The notes under the pieces were generated by a model, which ran no database searches, was not told the origin of the DNA, and was given only the letters and a program-made list of their open reading frames with translations. Below, piece by piece: positions 26,483 to 39,502 of a DNA stretch of 64,000 nt. Position numbers and translations under genes: made by a program. The DNA is taken from assembly GCA_973851085.1 (NCBI GenBank), contig OZ316776.1, positions 1,798,001 to 1,862,000 of the forward strand, read 5' to 3'. Each line of letters starts with the position of its first letter. Positions within the stretch are counted from its first letter, which is position 1. The stretch is from Ptychomitrium polyphyllum. Taxonomy: Eukaryota.

Positions 26483-29057
26483 TCGGAAAGTGACATTCCA
26501 GTGACCATCACTACCTTATATTGCATACGTTTCTTAGCATAAATCGATTTAGCTGAATGGAGAAGTTTATTCTTCGCGGCCATGCCTACAGCAGGCAAGT
26601 AGGATACGTTTATTGACACAAAGATAGTGTTACATAGTGTTACACGTATAGAAGCCTATTGGGTATACATCGTTGCCCTCTCACTAGCAAGGTGCAATCG
26701 TGTTGAGCAAGCTTAAGAACTTAAATGCGGAGCCACTAATGTGGGGAATGAGAGCCAAAGATGTCAAGAGACGATTGTCACCCCTGCTACATACCATTGC
26801 ACTACGATTCAGTGCTGTTGCCTTTGTACAGTATATTCAAAGCAAAACTCCAACCTCTTTTGCAAGGCGGGCGTGAATCAAAATCCTGTTCTCATATTCC
26901 AAGCATTACGACATTGTTATAGTATCTTCCACACTGTTTTGTTTTGGTGGTTTGCCTTGCTTAGGAGGGCAGGCCCTGGAAAAATCTCTTCAAGAAAGTG
27001 ATTATCGTACGTATCCATTTCCTTTTGGCTTTACAAATTTCATCTGTTCTGTGCTGATTTTTGATGGGGAAAGTGGACAACAACCAACAGCCTACCGGGA
27101 TGCTGATTCCATCAGCCCCATGTGATACAGGTTGGCGTAGGAGGCTAAGATCGAGTTACTTTTCTTCTGCCTCATTATCAATGCTCTGTGACGCGCACCG
27201 AAAGCTAAAAATACATCTGGTGGAGAAGCTTGCATGACTTGAAAAATGTGACCTAATGACCTAATGCATCATTCTTGCCTAGATGACCTTTACCAACTCC
27301 TTTCAGTGAAAGCTACATGAGGTCATCAGACCTGAGTGAGTGAGTGAGATTCAATCTTGAAGTTGAGCTGTACTACAGTGTCTTCAGAATGCCGATGTCT
27401 TTTACACCTGCTGCCGCCCACTTCTTGCATGTTGCCGATGATGCCTGCCACACTTGCATTCTATTTAAACTCAAAAAGTTTTTGTAGCGTATACCGCCCG
27501 GTTCCAAGAAGTCAGTCCGGCTCTCTGGTCTCGCTTGCTGATGTAGAACATTTTGTCCATGACAAGAATCTTCAGTCACTATGTGACACAAAAGTTTCTC
27601 TTATTTTAAGTATAATGTAAGAAATATTTCTTGCATCAACCAAAGTCTTCTTTGTCCATATGGATGATGCTTGTTGCCTACATGATCTAAAACATCTCCT
27701 TAAAGTGGAATTGCCTTGCAAATATTTAATCCGTTCTTGGTTTGTTGTTCAATTATAAAACTTGTAATGAAAATAAGTAACATTATTTTGAGTAAATAAA
27801 CAAAAAAGAAAGGATGACATCTTCTGAAAGTAATCTTTGACAAAAATAGTCCTATACACATTTTCTTGAACTTTTTCTAAAAGTAGACCTAATGTTGTCC
27901 AAACTTGTTATATTTGAAATGCTTTTGTTTAAAGCACTATTAAGTTTTATATAAAAATCAAACATATATAGAAACAACTATTCAAAAAACAACTCATAAT
28001 CACCACTCAATGCATGCCCAATCACCTAAATTCCATTCAAAGGCCACCATAGAACAAACCCATGTCTCTACTAAGTGATTTTTCCAATAAAATTCATAGT
28101 TTTCTCCATTATCACCAGTCCATGAATCCAACAGCATCTTTCATCACTACTTCCTCACCCATTTTCCAACACATGCTTTCTTTAATGGTTATTGAACATG
28201 TCCTTGGTGGCTCCTCTTTGTACACAGAAGAAGGAAGTAACCATCCTTACCCACCACAGAGGACTCTATGCATTCATTTTGCATCCTCTCCTGCCTGCTT
28301 CCTCTCCACACTAAAGGGAGAAAAAGAAAAACAAACACAGACTCCAAACAAGTCCTCAGATGCCACCTCACCCGCCACGTCAATCCAAACTTTCCACGAA
28401 AGCAGCCCCTACAGCTGCCCACATGACCATAACCAGGTCCAGTGGGTCCTTCCATGCTTACAGAAACACACGACAATCAGTGCCACCCCAAACCTACTCA
28501 TCACTCAAGGACAATGTCATCACCATCACTCCCCTGCCGTCCCTCTCTCGCTTTGCCATTGCAGATCCCTTTTCTTCATGATGTGAATCATGGTCATAGA
28601 ATCCTCAGCTGCAGAATGTCAAAGCTGCCAGGTTGACGGGTTTCTCACTGGACTCCAATTGCTCCCAGAGTCCACCCACGTTGGTTTCAAACCAGACCTC
28701 CAAGTGTCCTGTATTGTATTGGGGTACCAGAGTGAGTGAAACCTCTGGAATCTAGAGAGTGAACCTGAAGAGTGAGCCGCATGTCATGGCCACGTTGCCC
28801 GTTGGAGTTATGGATGTGTGGTATAGTTTTTCGCTTGTTTTTTTCTGCTAGCATGCGCTCTGCCGCTAAGGTAGCCAAAGGTGTGAGTTTTGGTGCATTT
28901 AGTCGCCTGTCTGATGATGTGTGGTGGTTCAAGGAGGAAGGAGGGACGGTTTGGGTCGATATGATGCCCATCTGGTGAGTGGTGAGGTTGTTGGAGTGGA
29001 CAAAGGGGTACTAGGAGCTGGGTTGGAGGGTTGGGAGGGTAGAGGAGCTGGTGAGGA

Positions 29058-31572
29058 ATGAAGTATCGCTTGAGGATGGCTGTTCAGAATTCGGGGCGGA
29101 GTGGGGAGCTTTTTCTGTCGGCTGTCAACTACATTGTGTTTGCGGTGTGTGGTTTCCTTGATAAGTTGCTGTGCCCCGTGTTTCGCTTCCTCGACTGGCA
29201 GGTGGACCGAAGTTCCACGCCGTGTCATTGCGCTCCGCACCCGAGTAGTGCCCTAAGCAATGGTGGGAATGTTTACAACGCGCTGGATTTCTGGAAGGGG
29301 CCCAGTCACACGCTCTACGAGCGCGGGAACAAGTGGAGGGGGCTGCGGAAGCGTCTCCAAGACGATGATGATTCTGCTGCGGTGGGAACCGCCAGGATTC
29401 TCACTGGTGAGCTTCGTGGGAAGATGGAAGGCGAAGAGCTGGAAGGCGGCGGTAGCGGTGGCACCCTCAACGAGGTGACGCCTTTGAAGCGTTTGCGGCC
29501 GACGTGTTGGTCGGATTGTGCGTGCAAGATGTGCACTGCTTGGCTTACGAAGGATGCTCTTCTCTATGTCCACGCTGATTGCAAAGGTGCGGGTTTTGCT
29601 TTCTTTTCAAATTTTTAATGAAGGTTATTGGTGGTTTGTGTTGCTTGATGTGTTGCTTGATAAGTTTTTGCAACTGTTGGGTTTTGAAGTCCTCTGGTTT
29701 GTTGGCAGACTTTGCTGGGAAGGAGTTTGATTCTGGAGTGCATAATGTGATATTTGTGCACGGGTTTCTGTCGTCGTCGTCGTTCTGGGTAGACACGGTG
29801 CTGCCGCATCTGTCGAAGGAGGTGCGATCTTCGCATCGGTTGTTCGCTGTGGATGTGCTTGGGTTTGGGAAGAGCCCTCGACCTGACGACTTGTTCTACA
29901 CGAATGCAGATCATGTGGAGATGATCCGAAGGTAGAGTTGAGCTTCACATTGATCTCAGTGACTGTCATACAAATTCTAGAAGAATTCAAGGTTGTCCCT
30001 CCATTTGTGAGTGTTATGTGATGTTGTGGTGCTTGAGAGAATTCTGCTTGCTGATATATCAGTCAGGTTTTGAATCTTTATAGACGCTACTCTCTGGGAG
30101 TAGTATTGTTTGAACTCACAGCATAATTTCAAAGTATGTTAGGTAGCTCTTTGTGCAATTGAGCGCCAAAGATCCTCAACCTCCACATCATTGTTGAGAG
30201 TCTGGTTCTTATTTAAAAGCCTTTTGAAATCCCTTCTCTGTGAGAAATTCTGAGAGAACCTCTATCCTTTTGGAGAGGAAGTTTGTGGGGTGCATGAATA
30301 TGGTACTATGAGCTATACAACTCTTTAGTTAGCACTTGACTCAATGTGAGACTTATAGTCATAGCCTTGTAATGATCATTCTTTCAGATCTGTTCTGGAG
30401 AAGTATGGGATCAAGAAGTTCCACTTGGTGGCACACTCCATGGGCTGCACTATTGCGTTGGCCTTAGCTGGTCAGGATTCAGCGGCTGTAAAGTCCATCA
30501 CCATTCTTGCTCCGGTATGATGACTCTACCGCCATTAGTCCTGTTTTTTGGATTTTTTCTGCACAGCTGAGTATGAATACTTTGCCTCTGAGAATGTGTT
30601 GAGAATGTGCTGTAAGAAATTATCAACAGTTAGCCCTCTCAAAGACGACTTTATCTTGTAAACTTTCCGACGGTTGAACAGCTTCTCAATGATCCATTTT
30701 GCAGCTTTACTTCCCAACGAGACCAGGCGTGCCGCCCGCGTCCTATGTCTTGAGCAATGTGGCACCACAGAAAGTCTGGCCATTTTTTGCATTTGTCCAC
30801 GCACTTATGTCCTGGTACGAGCATCTGGGAAGAGTTGTGTGCCTCGTGTTTTGTAAGCATCACAGATTCTGGATCCCTCTCATGACGTTCTTCTCCAAAC
30901 TTTCGGGCAGCAGGTAATTATTTTTCTCAAACCCCCTCCCCGAATATGATCATAAGCACATGTGTCACTAGTCTTTACTAGACAAATAAAAACAGCAGAA
31001 ATCTTTTTTCTAATCATCGAGCATTCCGTTGAAAGATGTCTTCAGTCGTCGTCTTTATTTTTCTGCACTAGTTGAACAGGAAAGCATCTTCAACATAGAA
31101 CTGTGTTAACAACATTATCAACACAGAAATGTTCACTTTCATGTTGAAATGAGCGTCTTCTTGTTACACATTCAACTAAGGACCAAGGTGTGCGAGTAGT
31201 GGCATCATCACGCATTGTGTAAGTCTTATGTTGATTGGCTTTATGTGCAGAATGCCGCCTTCCTTCATACATGATTACATGCAACATAGCCATAACTCGG
31301 CCTTCAAGATGTTCCACAATACCATTTGCACTGGGCCCTTTGTGATGGAACACTCCATGACGGAGCTTGCCAAAGCTGGCCGGCACGTTCATGTGATTCA
31401 TGGAGAGGACGATGCAACGTGCTCTGTTGAGTGTGGCGTTGCACTCACCCGGAAGTTCACAAATGTAACTCTTTCAAGAATTTTGGGAGCTGATCACATG
31501 TCAGTCGTGTTGGGTCGAGAGCAACAGCTCGCTCGGGAATTAGAGGCTCAAATTTTTGGTCAGTACCAATAG
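29058..31572 (+). CDS. BDG: BODYGUARD-like alpha/beta-hydrolase, copy 2 (tandem paralog)
   Basis: Exons 29058-29586, 29709-29931, 30388-30514, 30705-30913, 31251-31572, with introns at positions equivalent to copy 1. Motifs CWSDCACKMCTAW, HGFLSSSSFW, AVDVLGFGKSPRP, VAHSMGC, SWYEHLGRVVCLVFCKHH, HGEDD, GADH. The start could instead be the second ATG (MAVQ). Confidence 0.92.
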
Positions 31573-33783
31573 GCCGCCATTTATTTATTTTAAATTTAAT
31601 ATAATTTATTTTGGTAACTTGTTCCTATCCCTCATTGCATTGATGAACACCGCTGGAGTTGTTGAATCACGGGCTGACTGCATCTTGAAAAGTTGGTCAC
31701 TGGATTGAGCTGTGCTGGCACAACCTTGTGTAAGAAAGTGCTGAAGAGGTTAGTCTAGTGTATTGAATTGACTGGACATTGGAGCGACAACTACAAGGTC
31801 AGGTTCTGTATTACCAGTGAGTCATTGTGAGGCTAGCACATGTGTTTCCAGCATTTTAATGTGAAGCTGAACTGCTTTAATTATTGGAAAATGCTTTGAA
31901 AATTTTCAAGCAAAGAGATTAATTTTATCTCCACTTAACAAAATTCGAAGCCATTACTCCATCTTGATAGGAGTATATCCCATGAATTTTAAGGTTCAAA
32001 CTCAGTATAAAATCCAAATTTAATCAAATTTGCATCATTTTCATACTAACCAAAAGAAAGAACGTGGTTTCAACAGAATTTTTTACAGTAAAATTAATAT
32101 TGTTAGATTCTATATACAAAATATCAATAACCAGTTACCTTAATATTAAACTGGTATAATTTTTCAATGTGATTAACCTCAAAGCAGGATATAATAGAGA
32201 TTTCCGTTAATATTTTTGAAAAATGTTAGCATTGCTGACGATGTTTTGTAGATGTTCGTTATTAAATTGAATATGACTAATATGCTGAGTCTAGCACCAA
32301 AGGGATGCCTTTGCCTTGTTATGCGGTGCATGCTTGTGCAATTTTCATGTAGTTACCGACCCTGTCCCCACTTCCGGAACCTCTCAAAAACCTCCCGCAG
32401 ACTTCCCGCTCTTGCTCTTGCACCTCCTTGTACAAGTCGCACACAAGTTGCACCTCCTCCTTGTACAAAATGCATGCAGTTGTCAAAATACAGTCAAAAA
32501 CTCCTAGTAGTATTTTAACAGAGAAATTTTAAGTTTATTAAAAAATTAGCCTAATCTAAGCATAGCTCCCTGACAAACACCTAACACAAGATATTTTTAC
32601 AAGATTCTCTACAAAATCCAAGGTTTTACCGCATTAGCCATTAACCCTAATCGATCATCATCGATTTTCCTGATGATCAAGGCGAAAGAAAAAGGCAGGG
32701 AAACAAGGAGGGCGAGGTGTGGGCCCTCGTCTCGCGCCGCCGGCGCTCTTGGGCACTGATCTAGAAATGCAATCGTGCTAAGAGCGAGCTCTGGAGACGG
32801 AGCCACCTGCAAGTTGCCAATCGATTTTTCATGATGCAACCGCGTCTGGGCCAGTGAAACTCACACTACAACGACACAGACAGCTCTGGAGTGGCTGGAA
32901 CCTTTTACTGTTGATGCTGCAGTTGGTGCATCCATGGCGTGTTTGCAATCCGATAGCTGTGAAGAGGTCGACGTAATGGCGTGACTGCGCGCCAGTAGTT
33001 GCAGTTTGGAGACTGCAGTTGAGGCTGGAGATTGAAGCAGGATTGGAGCTGGTTGCGGTTGTAGCGGGGAGATCATGTTGTGTGAGTTGATTGCAGGCGC
33101 ATGGTTAGTGTCGTGGCAGATCAGTTCGTTGTTTGAACCAAATGTTCTTTTTCGCATTTGATGATGATGGTGCGATTGTTAGTGTCCAGGAAATGGTGAT
33201 TTGAACTTGGTTTTCTATTAGCGTTTGTGGGTCGACGTTTAGGTTAGTTCAGGGTGGTGGTTTCGGTTTAATGGTGTTGCTGAGCTTTCCAGCATTGCTC
33301 TATTTCTAGTAGTATATGATTCGATGATATCGGTAGCTCTCTTTGTTGAAAACCTATTGGCTCGAACGTAGTCCTAGTTCGCACTTGATCTTGTTACCTG
33401 CTTTTTAGGTGGGCGTTGACAGGGAACTATGTAAATTTTAGTTCATGTGACTACAACCTAGCGGCGAGTCCATGTTATGCGCAACATGTGCCCGCCAACC
33501 GAAATTGCTTCCGAAATAGTGCAGGCAGTCTAGAGATTTGAGGGATGTAAGCATCATCGGCGTTCTTAAAGAGTCTAACTACGGAGCTCTTATTAGCACA
33601 GTTTATGGATAGGAGGTTCGGTACAGGAAACTGATGAGGGACGTAGTCTACGAAACAGAGTTGTTTGCAACGGATTGAGAGACAAAGCGGATTCTCACAA
33701 GGTGAAAATACTACATCTCTCTCTTGGCATTCAACTACAGGAGTTGATCTACTGAGAGGAGCGCTTGATGCGAACTTGAAAGT

Positions 33784-35842
33784 ATGGACGGAGGTGGTGG
33801 GAGCGACAGCGATGGGATCTGTAGACATCCCATCCGAAGTGCATTGCGACCCATAAACGTTGCGCGCCCTTCCAATCAATCAGAAGGAGTAGACATCCGC
33901 ATCTTCAACGACTTGGAGCAGCTACAACAACAGAAAGCGGAATTGCCACCAGAAGATTATGCGAGACAACCACGTCTCGACTCGCAGCCCACTATGCCGG
34001 TTCATCACACCTCCTACGCTGAGCCTGCACTGCGGAAGGTGCTCTCCTTTGCGCCCAGCAGATTCAAACCACTGCCAAACGGTCCCGAGCCGAAGGCATT
34101 ATCGCGGCTGTGGGAGTCGGAACAAGGGGGCCCATATTCTGACTCTCCGAGAACTCCCGACGGGACCAGAACGCCCGGCGCCTATGATATCTTCAGGACA
34201 CGCTCCCGGAAATTCTCTGGGCCTCTGGAGAAGCTGGAGAAGCGATCCGGCCCTCTAGGGAGGCAGCTCACGCGCATGATAACCCGCCGACGGCCATCGG
34301 AAGAGTCTTGTCAACAAGACACCGTTGTGGACGTGGAGCAGCAACAACAAAAAGAATCTGAGAATGGCGGAGGAATGAAGACAGCTCTAAGTGCAGGGCA
34401 GTACTTCGCCGCGCTCTCTGGACCAGAACTCGAAGACGTGAAGGACAAGGTGAATCTCTTGCTACCTGCCAATGAGACATGGCCATTCCTCCTGCGCTTC
34501 CCCATCGGCACCTTCGGCATGGCACTAGGGCTCGGCAGTCAGACCATGTTGTGGAAAGCTCTCGCACAGGTGCCGGAGATGGCATTCCTGCGCATCCCTC
34601 TATGGATCAACTTCTACCTCTGGTGTCTCGCGCTGCTCGTCCTGATCGTTGTCTTCATCACCTACGTCCTCAAGATCCAGTACTACTTCGAAGCCGTGAG
34701 GCGCGAGTACCACCACCCCGTGAGAGTGAACTTCTTCTTCGCGCCATGGATTGCCGCCATGTTCTTAGCTATCGGTGTGCCCCCCGCGGTGACGAAGACC
34801 GTCCACCCAGCGGTGTGGTGTTGTCTCATGTTCCCCGTTTTTTGCCTAGAGCTGAAGATATACGGGCAATGGCTCTCTGGGGGACAACGGCGTCTTTCGA
34901 AGGTTGCCAATCCGTCGACGCATTTGTCAGTGGTGGGGAACTTCGTGGGGTCGACGCTTGCGGCGAATGTGGGATGGAAGGAACCGGCAATTTTCTTCTG
35001 GGCTGTGGGGCTGGCGCATTACCTCGTGCTTTTTGTAACGTTGTATCAACGACTGCCGACAAACGAGACATTGCCTAATGACCTCCACCCCGTGTTCTTC
35101 CTCTTCGTGGCGGCCCCCAGTGCGGCCAGTGTGGCATGGATGCGGATCGTGGGTGAATTCGACTACATCTCACGTCTCGTTTTCTTCATCGCACTGTTCT
35201 TGTATTCGTCTCTCATCGTGCGCATCAACTTCTTCTGCGGCTTCAAGTACGTCCCCCCCGTCTCTCTCTCTCTCTCTCATCAACTCTCGATCTCGCCTCC
35301 ACAATATGAGGGATTCAACCATCTGATCAGTACTAGCTCCTCATGAATGTGATGTCAAACTTCTTGTGATCTCCAGGTTTTCGATCGCTTGGTGGGCGTA
35401 CACCTTCCCCATGACCGCTGCAGCCATAGCTGCCATCCACTACTGTCACGTCGCAACTTCATGGATAACGCGAGGCTTGGCGCTTGCGCTCTCCATCATC
35501 TCCTCCACCACAGTTGCCACCCTTTTCCTCCTCACCCTGCTGCACATCTTCTGGTGGAGATGCCTCTTCCCCAACGACTTGGCTATTGCAATCACGGCTT
35601 GCAAGCCCAAGACAGCGACGTTCCTCCACAAGCCATCTCACGACGACAACGACGGCGATGGCTGTGGCTTGTACTCACTGCACCACTCAGAGCCACTGTT
35701 CAAGAGCATGCTAGATGCTTATCACCACTTTGTGGAGGCTCAAGAGCACCCCGAACTAGCAGGTGCTTGTGATCCCACCGACACTCCTGTTGACAATTCT
35801 GTCCACGACGCTGACCATCTGCAACCATCAGCTACTGTTTAG
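33784..35842 (+). CDS. SLAC1/SLAH family S-type anion channel (SLAH-like)
   Basis: Exons 33784-35246 and 35377-35842. Motifs WPFLLRFPI, YFEAVRREYHHPVRVNFFFAPW, LELKIYGQWLSGGQRRLSKVANPS, LFVTLYQRLPT, LHPVFFLFVAAPSAASVAW, FSIAWWAYTFPMT (gate Phe); long soluble N- and C-termini. Confidence 0.96.
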
Positions 35843-35919
35843 AACAATGCAAGCAACACGAGGGCTTCATTACTGTTGTACATTAGAGCAAGGCCCATGG
35901 TGGCACGTGATGCATAGAA

Positions 35920-36083
35920 TTGGATGAAGTTCCCATAGTGACATATGAAGCACAGACTTGGATGAAGTTCCCATAGTGACATATGAAGCACAGACTTGGA
36001 TGAAGTTCCCATAGTGACATATGAAGCACAGACTTGGATGAAGTTCCCATAGTGACATATGAAGCACAGACTTGGATGAAGTT
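35920..36083. repeat. Perfect 38-bp tandem repeat (~4.3 copies) just downstream of the SLAH stop codon
   Basis: Unit TGGATGAAGTTCCCATAGTGACATATGAAGCACAGACT starts at 35921, 35959, 35997 and 36035, with a partial copy at 36073. Confidence 0.97.
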
Positions 36084-39000
36084 TCTCAGGGGTCATTTAA
36101 CTTTTCCAGAGAATGATCACCAATTTGTTACAAACACTAAAAGTGGGGAGCATAATGCAACACAAATAGCCATGGGGTAGAATTTTTAGGTTTTATGTTA
36201 GTGGCACTTATGGTTGGCTTAGTTCTTTTGGCATTGAAAGACTTTAGATTTATTATTTATTGTATAGTTGGATGCAAGTTAGATTAGAGCTAAGCAATTG
36301 TCACTTCTAAATCTTTATTGTGGCTATTAATTCATGGAATATGGACAAAGAATTCTTTCTTCTTTGATGTATATATTACAACAACACTAAGCATTAAGCA
36401 AACATTTCTTTGTTTGCATTTTTTCATTAAATGTTTTTGTAGAGAAGTGGATAAGAGTTCATGTTATGTGAAATATTGTTTGACACATTGAGAAATTAGT
36501 GTAGTTTTGTGATCTTTGATTTTGGCTATTTAAAGATTGTAAGCTTAGATTTTATTTATATATTAGGTTTTTGAATATATTTACATGCCATCCATATTTT
36601 TTTGTTAATTAATCAATGGTGTTTAAGTAATACATTAATTCTTAAAATGTTCACTAATATCTTTGTATTTGTATTGATTTATTTATTCATTTATAATTAT
36701 TCCTAGTTTGTTAGCAGTTCATTTCCTTATCTTTCTAAAAAAATGTTAGATTTGAGTACAATAGCTAATTTATAAGTTGAATTTGAAATAAAGTGCATCT
36801 ACCTTGATTGCCATAAGATAAGCCATTTATATTTATTATTACAATTTAATTCCATAGTTTTAATAAAAAGAGGTATTACTAATTATAATAATTAATCTAT
36901 AAATTAGACCTAAAATGAAGCATATTTACATTCATTGCCATAAAATAATGGATCAAACAATAGATTATATCCTAATTGACATCACAAAAATCATTAATGT
37001 CTACTATCTAGTATAATCCCATACCTATTAAAAAATATAGAATTGGGTTATTAATTTATCTCAGTTCTTCACAATATTTGAACTTTTAAATTCATAAAGA
37101 ATTCCTTGCATGTCAATGGTATTGTAGCTTCAAACTTTTGATATCATCATTAATTAAACAATAGTGATAAAAGCCAATAATAGAAATATCTAAAATTTAA
37201 AGCTACTATACTATTTGTATGAGAATGTATCACCATGAATTTAGAAATAATAAATTAATATAATAATTATATATATAAATTCTAAAGTGATTCTATAGTA
37301 GTTAAACTTATAAATCCTCTTATAATTGCTATAAAATAAAGCATTTAAGTCTATTAATATAATATATTTGTATATTAGAAAGAAAACAAAAGCTATGCTT
37401 AAAGCAAATTTAATATTTCAAAAAAGTAATGGTTTTATTGCAGCAACTAATTCAATTGTAGGATCCAAAATATATTATTTTACATTAATTGCCTAATATT
37501 CTTTACAATCTATTGAAAGAATAGATTATGTTAAATTAACAACCTAGTCTAAATTACTTGGCTAATTTTTTAACAAAATATAATATTTGAAATTTTAAAT
37601 GATGACCATTTATCTATGCAAAAGGTATTGTATGTATTTTTGTATGTTTATACTTTGAATTGAAATATATATTTAAGTATATTGTTTGAAGTAATATCAT
37701 ATTAATTGTCATATAAATGACAATGATATAGTAAAGATATTTTTGCAAGTTTTTAATAAAGTTTGTTTTTACTTGTTCACTTTTGTGGACATGAACAATT
37801 TGCTAAACACACAAGAATTTACTATGAAAAAACAAATAATACTACAAAGTTTTCTATCTTATTTTGTTGAACTACACTAACATTTGTTAAGAGCAAAACA
37901 TTTTAAGTTATTTTGTAATGTTTTCATAAAATTATGTCTGGTAGAAGAAAGAAAATTAACACGTTTTTACTTTTAAATAATAGGGTTAAAAATGAAGCAA
38001 AATCTACTCTGTTAAATTATGAAACAATATATCCAGACCTCTTTATAGATTGTTCATTGTTGATACACTACCGTTCATTCCAATTAAATTAAACCACTTT
38101 ATCACCACCCTTGGTGCCATTTCCAAACCATTGCATAAAATAACAATTTTCATGGATAAAACTAAGGTTTAAAACTCTTTTATTGACCATAAAAACAACA
38201 ACCATCAAACACCAACTGATGCATGCACAATCACGCTCAAAAATCACAATGCTTACAAAGAGCTGCAGATTAGGAGCAACAAGGCAAAGTGCATCACCAC
38301 TAGCATGAAATCCTTTTCCTGCTGTGTCCACTTTCCGAAACCCATATTCAATGGCCTATACTGCCATAATTGTCACAAATTAACCCAACTCATCTTCACT
38401 TTGAAAAGGGGAGAATTAACAGACAGAACGTGGCACAGACTCAATCAATCTTCAATAAAGTAAAAATTTGAAAGTTATGACACTAAAATTGTACCTTTGA
38501 ATTAACGGAATATTCCTTTCAAAGGAGTGGTCATTAAAGAATGTTAAACACAAAGTGCCACTACATTAAATCGTACAAAGTACACAGTAGGTTGGTCTAA
38601 TACACCTCAGAGAAAGCATAAAAGGCTCCTCCAGTCCGATTAAACAAGCTGATGACGAGGCTGACACCACACCTTGCGGCTTGTCTCGCCGGGGCCATTT
38701 CCGCTCAGCATACAGTGCGTTCAAACTGGTAAACACGACGTGCAAAACCACTATTTAGGAAACAACTGTATCTGCGATGATGAACATGACGCCCCACAGC
38801 TCCGATGACTTCCAACACCTTCCAATTTGATTGTCTTCGCAGCCTCATCACTTCAAGAAAGTACACCGCAGCCACAATCGAAAGCCTGTATTGGAATCCA
38901 TTCCATCGACTCAGTAACATGACACCTCAAACCCTTGAACCTATCCTCCTGCTCACAAAAGCAAAACACATGCCTATTCCCACACCCCTCTATATCTTAA

Positions 39001-39502
39001 TAAACAATACCTACACTAAAACATAACTCAGAAAATCAAGGTATCAAACAAGAATGTCCGCCCAACTCAAATGATCATTCCCGTGAGCCGCCACAGCTTC
39101 TGCCCGCTAAAAAACTCTACTTCTCGCGACATACTACTGCAATATTAATAAACAATACACGTACCCGTAATTCTTAAAACAATCCAACCATGCTTACAAA
39201 GAGCTCCACACAGCATCACCTGCTGCCATGCATCTCAATGGACCTCCGTGTGCTGCCAAATCTCTTCGTACGTCGCACCTTCCGCGCCCTTGCGCACCGC
39301 TTCGTTCACGATGCAACGTACAGCGATCCAATACGGACCGACTCATGTGCCACATGGGCGAGCTCAAAACCTTCTCCTCTGGAACCTGCTGGGCATCGCT
39401 CCAACGCCCCCCAAAGCCTCCCAAACTCCCGCACGTCCCGCACGTCCCCGTCCACATGCGTCCCGCAGCTCTGTTCCTCGTCGCGCGCCCGCTGCTTGCC
39501 CC

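Noticed and set aside
24127..35842. BDG-BDG-SLAH as a co-functional water-loss/cuticle gene cluster
   Set aside because: Adjacency only; no shared regulatory element seen and synteny cannot be tested here.
35920..36083. 38-bp repeats as a CRISPR array
   Set aside because: Units are directly adjacent with no spacers, there are no cas genes, and the context is eukaryotic.
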